Made by a program: the position numbers and the translations under genes | Part shown: positions 36,629 to 37,808 of the stretch, one piece after another | Position numbering within the stretch: the stretch's first letter is position 1 | Layout of the letters: every line of letters begins with the position of its first letter | The notes under the pieces: generated by a model | Told to the model about the DNA's origin: nothing | The model's database searches: none | The model's input: the letters and a program-made list of their open reading frames with translations, nothing else | From: Nodosilinea sp. | GTDB taxonomy: Bacteria > Cyanobacteriota > Cyanobacteriia > Phormidesmidales > Phormidesmidaceae | Reading direction: 5' to 3' | Assembly: GCA_049646225.1 (NCBI GenBank) | Contig: JBARVK010000041.1 | Location: 1-37,808, forward strand | Length of the DNA stretch: 37,808 nt

Positions 36629-37792
36629 GTGGATATACAACTTGGTCGCGGCAGAGTAGTCCGCAGAGCATACGGCATTGACGAAATTGCCCTGGTACCG
36701 GGGCCCAGAACTCTGGATCCAAGTCTAGCTAACACAGGTTGGCAGATTGGCGGCATTGACCGCGAGATTCCCATTATCGCCAGCGCCATGGATGGGGTCG
36801 TAGATGTAGATATGGCGATTCGGCTATCAAAGCTGGGAGCGCTAGGGGTGCTTAACTTGGAAGGCATCCAAACCCGCTATGACGACCCTAACCCCATTCT
36901 CGATCAGATTGCTTCGGTGGGCAAAGATGAGTTTGTCGGCTTGATGCAGACCCTATACGCCGAACCCATTAAACCTGAGCTGATCACCAAGCGCATTCAG
37001 GCGATTAAAGCGGGGGGTGGGGTGGCCGCTGTGAGCCTGACTCCCGCTGGAGCGGCTCGATTTGGTGCAACCGTAGCTGAGGCCGGTGCCGACCTGGTGT
37101 TCGTGCAGGCCACGGTGGTGTCGACGGCTCACCTGTCTCCAGCCGACATCGACCCGCTTGATCTGGCGGCCTTCTGCGCTGACATGCCGATGCCGGTGAT
37201 TTTGGGCAACTGCGTCACCTACGAGGTCGCGCTAAATCTGATGAAGGCCGGGGCCGCCGCCGTCATGGTGGGGATTGGCCCTGGGGCCGCCTGCACCTCG
37301 CGTGGGGTGCTGGGCATCGGCATTCCCCAGGCGACGGCGGTGGCCGACTGCGCGGCTGCGCGAGACGACTTTTTTGCCGAAACGGGTCGCTATGTGGCGA
37401 TCGTGGCTGACGGCGGACTGGTGACGGGGGGTGACATCTGCAAGTGCATTGCCTGCGGAGCCGACGGGGTCATGATTGGCTCGCCCTTCGCCCGCGCCGC
37501 CGAAGCGCCTGGACGCGGCTTCCACTGGGGGATGGCAACGCCCAGCCCGGTGCTGCCTCGGGGCACCCGCATCAAGGTGGGAACCACCGGCACCCTGGAG
37601 CACATTCTGCGTGGCCCGGCCCAGCTCGACGACGGCACCCACAACTTCTTGGGGGCGCTGCAAACCAGTATGGGCACCCTGGGGGCAAAAGACCTGAAGG
37701 AGATGCAGCAGGTGGAGGTGGTGATTGCTCCCTCGCTGCTGACGGAGGGTAAGGTGTACCAGAAAGCTCAGCAGCTGGGCATGGGTAAATAA
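36629..37792 (+). CDS. guaB3: IMP dehydrogenase family protein, GuaB3 type
   Basis: [38 protein letters not shown]; likely GTG start 36629. Confidence 0.92.
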   Translation: MDIQLGRGRVVRRAYGIDEIALVPGPRTLDPSLANTGWQIGGIDREIPIIASAMDGVVDVDMAIRLSKLGALGVLNLEGIQTRYDDPNPILDQIASVGKDEFVGLMQTLYAEPIKPELITKRIQAIKAGGGVAAVSLTPAGAARFGATVAEAGADLVFVQATVVSTAHLSPADIDPLDLAAFCADMPMPVILGNCVTYEVALNLMKAGAAAVMVGIGPGAACTSRGVLGIGIPQATAVADCAAARDDFFAETGRYVAIVADGGLVTGGDICKCIACGADGVMIGSPFARAAEAPGRGFHWGMATPSPVLPRGTRIKVGTTGTLEHILRGPAQLDDGTHNFLGALQTSMGTLGAKDLKEMQQVEVVIAPSLLTEGKVYQKAQQLGMGK

Positions 37793-37808
37793 GCAAATCT
37801 GGCAGAGT

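Overview
This is a chromosomal window from a GC-rich cyanobacterium, probably Nodosilinea/Leptolyngbya-like (inferred from frequent HIP1 GCGATCGC sites, psbZ, nblA and spkA-like genes). The left end (1-3524) is an AT-rich polysaccharide export locus: wzm, wzt and two SAM methyltransferases. It is followed by a frameshifted MntB/ZnuB-type permease, an aldo-keto reductase and a lone SF2 helicase with a zinc ribbon. The helicase has a compositionally distinct C-terminus and is flanked by two different palindromic repeat elements. The rest is mostly core genome: GT2, MpgP-like phosphatase, amidase, two response regulators, pepP, ureidoglycolate lyase, class V aminotransferase, marC, tRNA-Gly, ribH, psbZ, DHH-CBS tRNA nucleotidyltransferase, a pseudokinase, ABC1 kinase, PP2C, nblA, USP, SpkA-like kinase, anmK, ktrA and guaB3. 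The most notable items are: (i) a cobalamin riboswitch carrying a heptamer-repeat hairpin, whose regulated AUG opens a 30-codon ORF joined by a T-TTT-TTC slippery site to an uncharacterised gene and a DUF1636-like gene; (ii) the mosaic orphan helicase; (iii) a pseudokinase within a kinase/phosphatase/nblA cluster; (iv) two HLR1-like sites upstream of nblA; and (v) a candidate structured RNA upstream of the USP gene. I saw no CRISPR array, transposase or integrase. All calls come from motif reading only; no searches were run.
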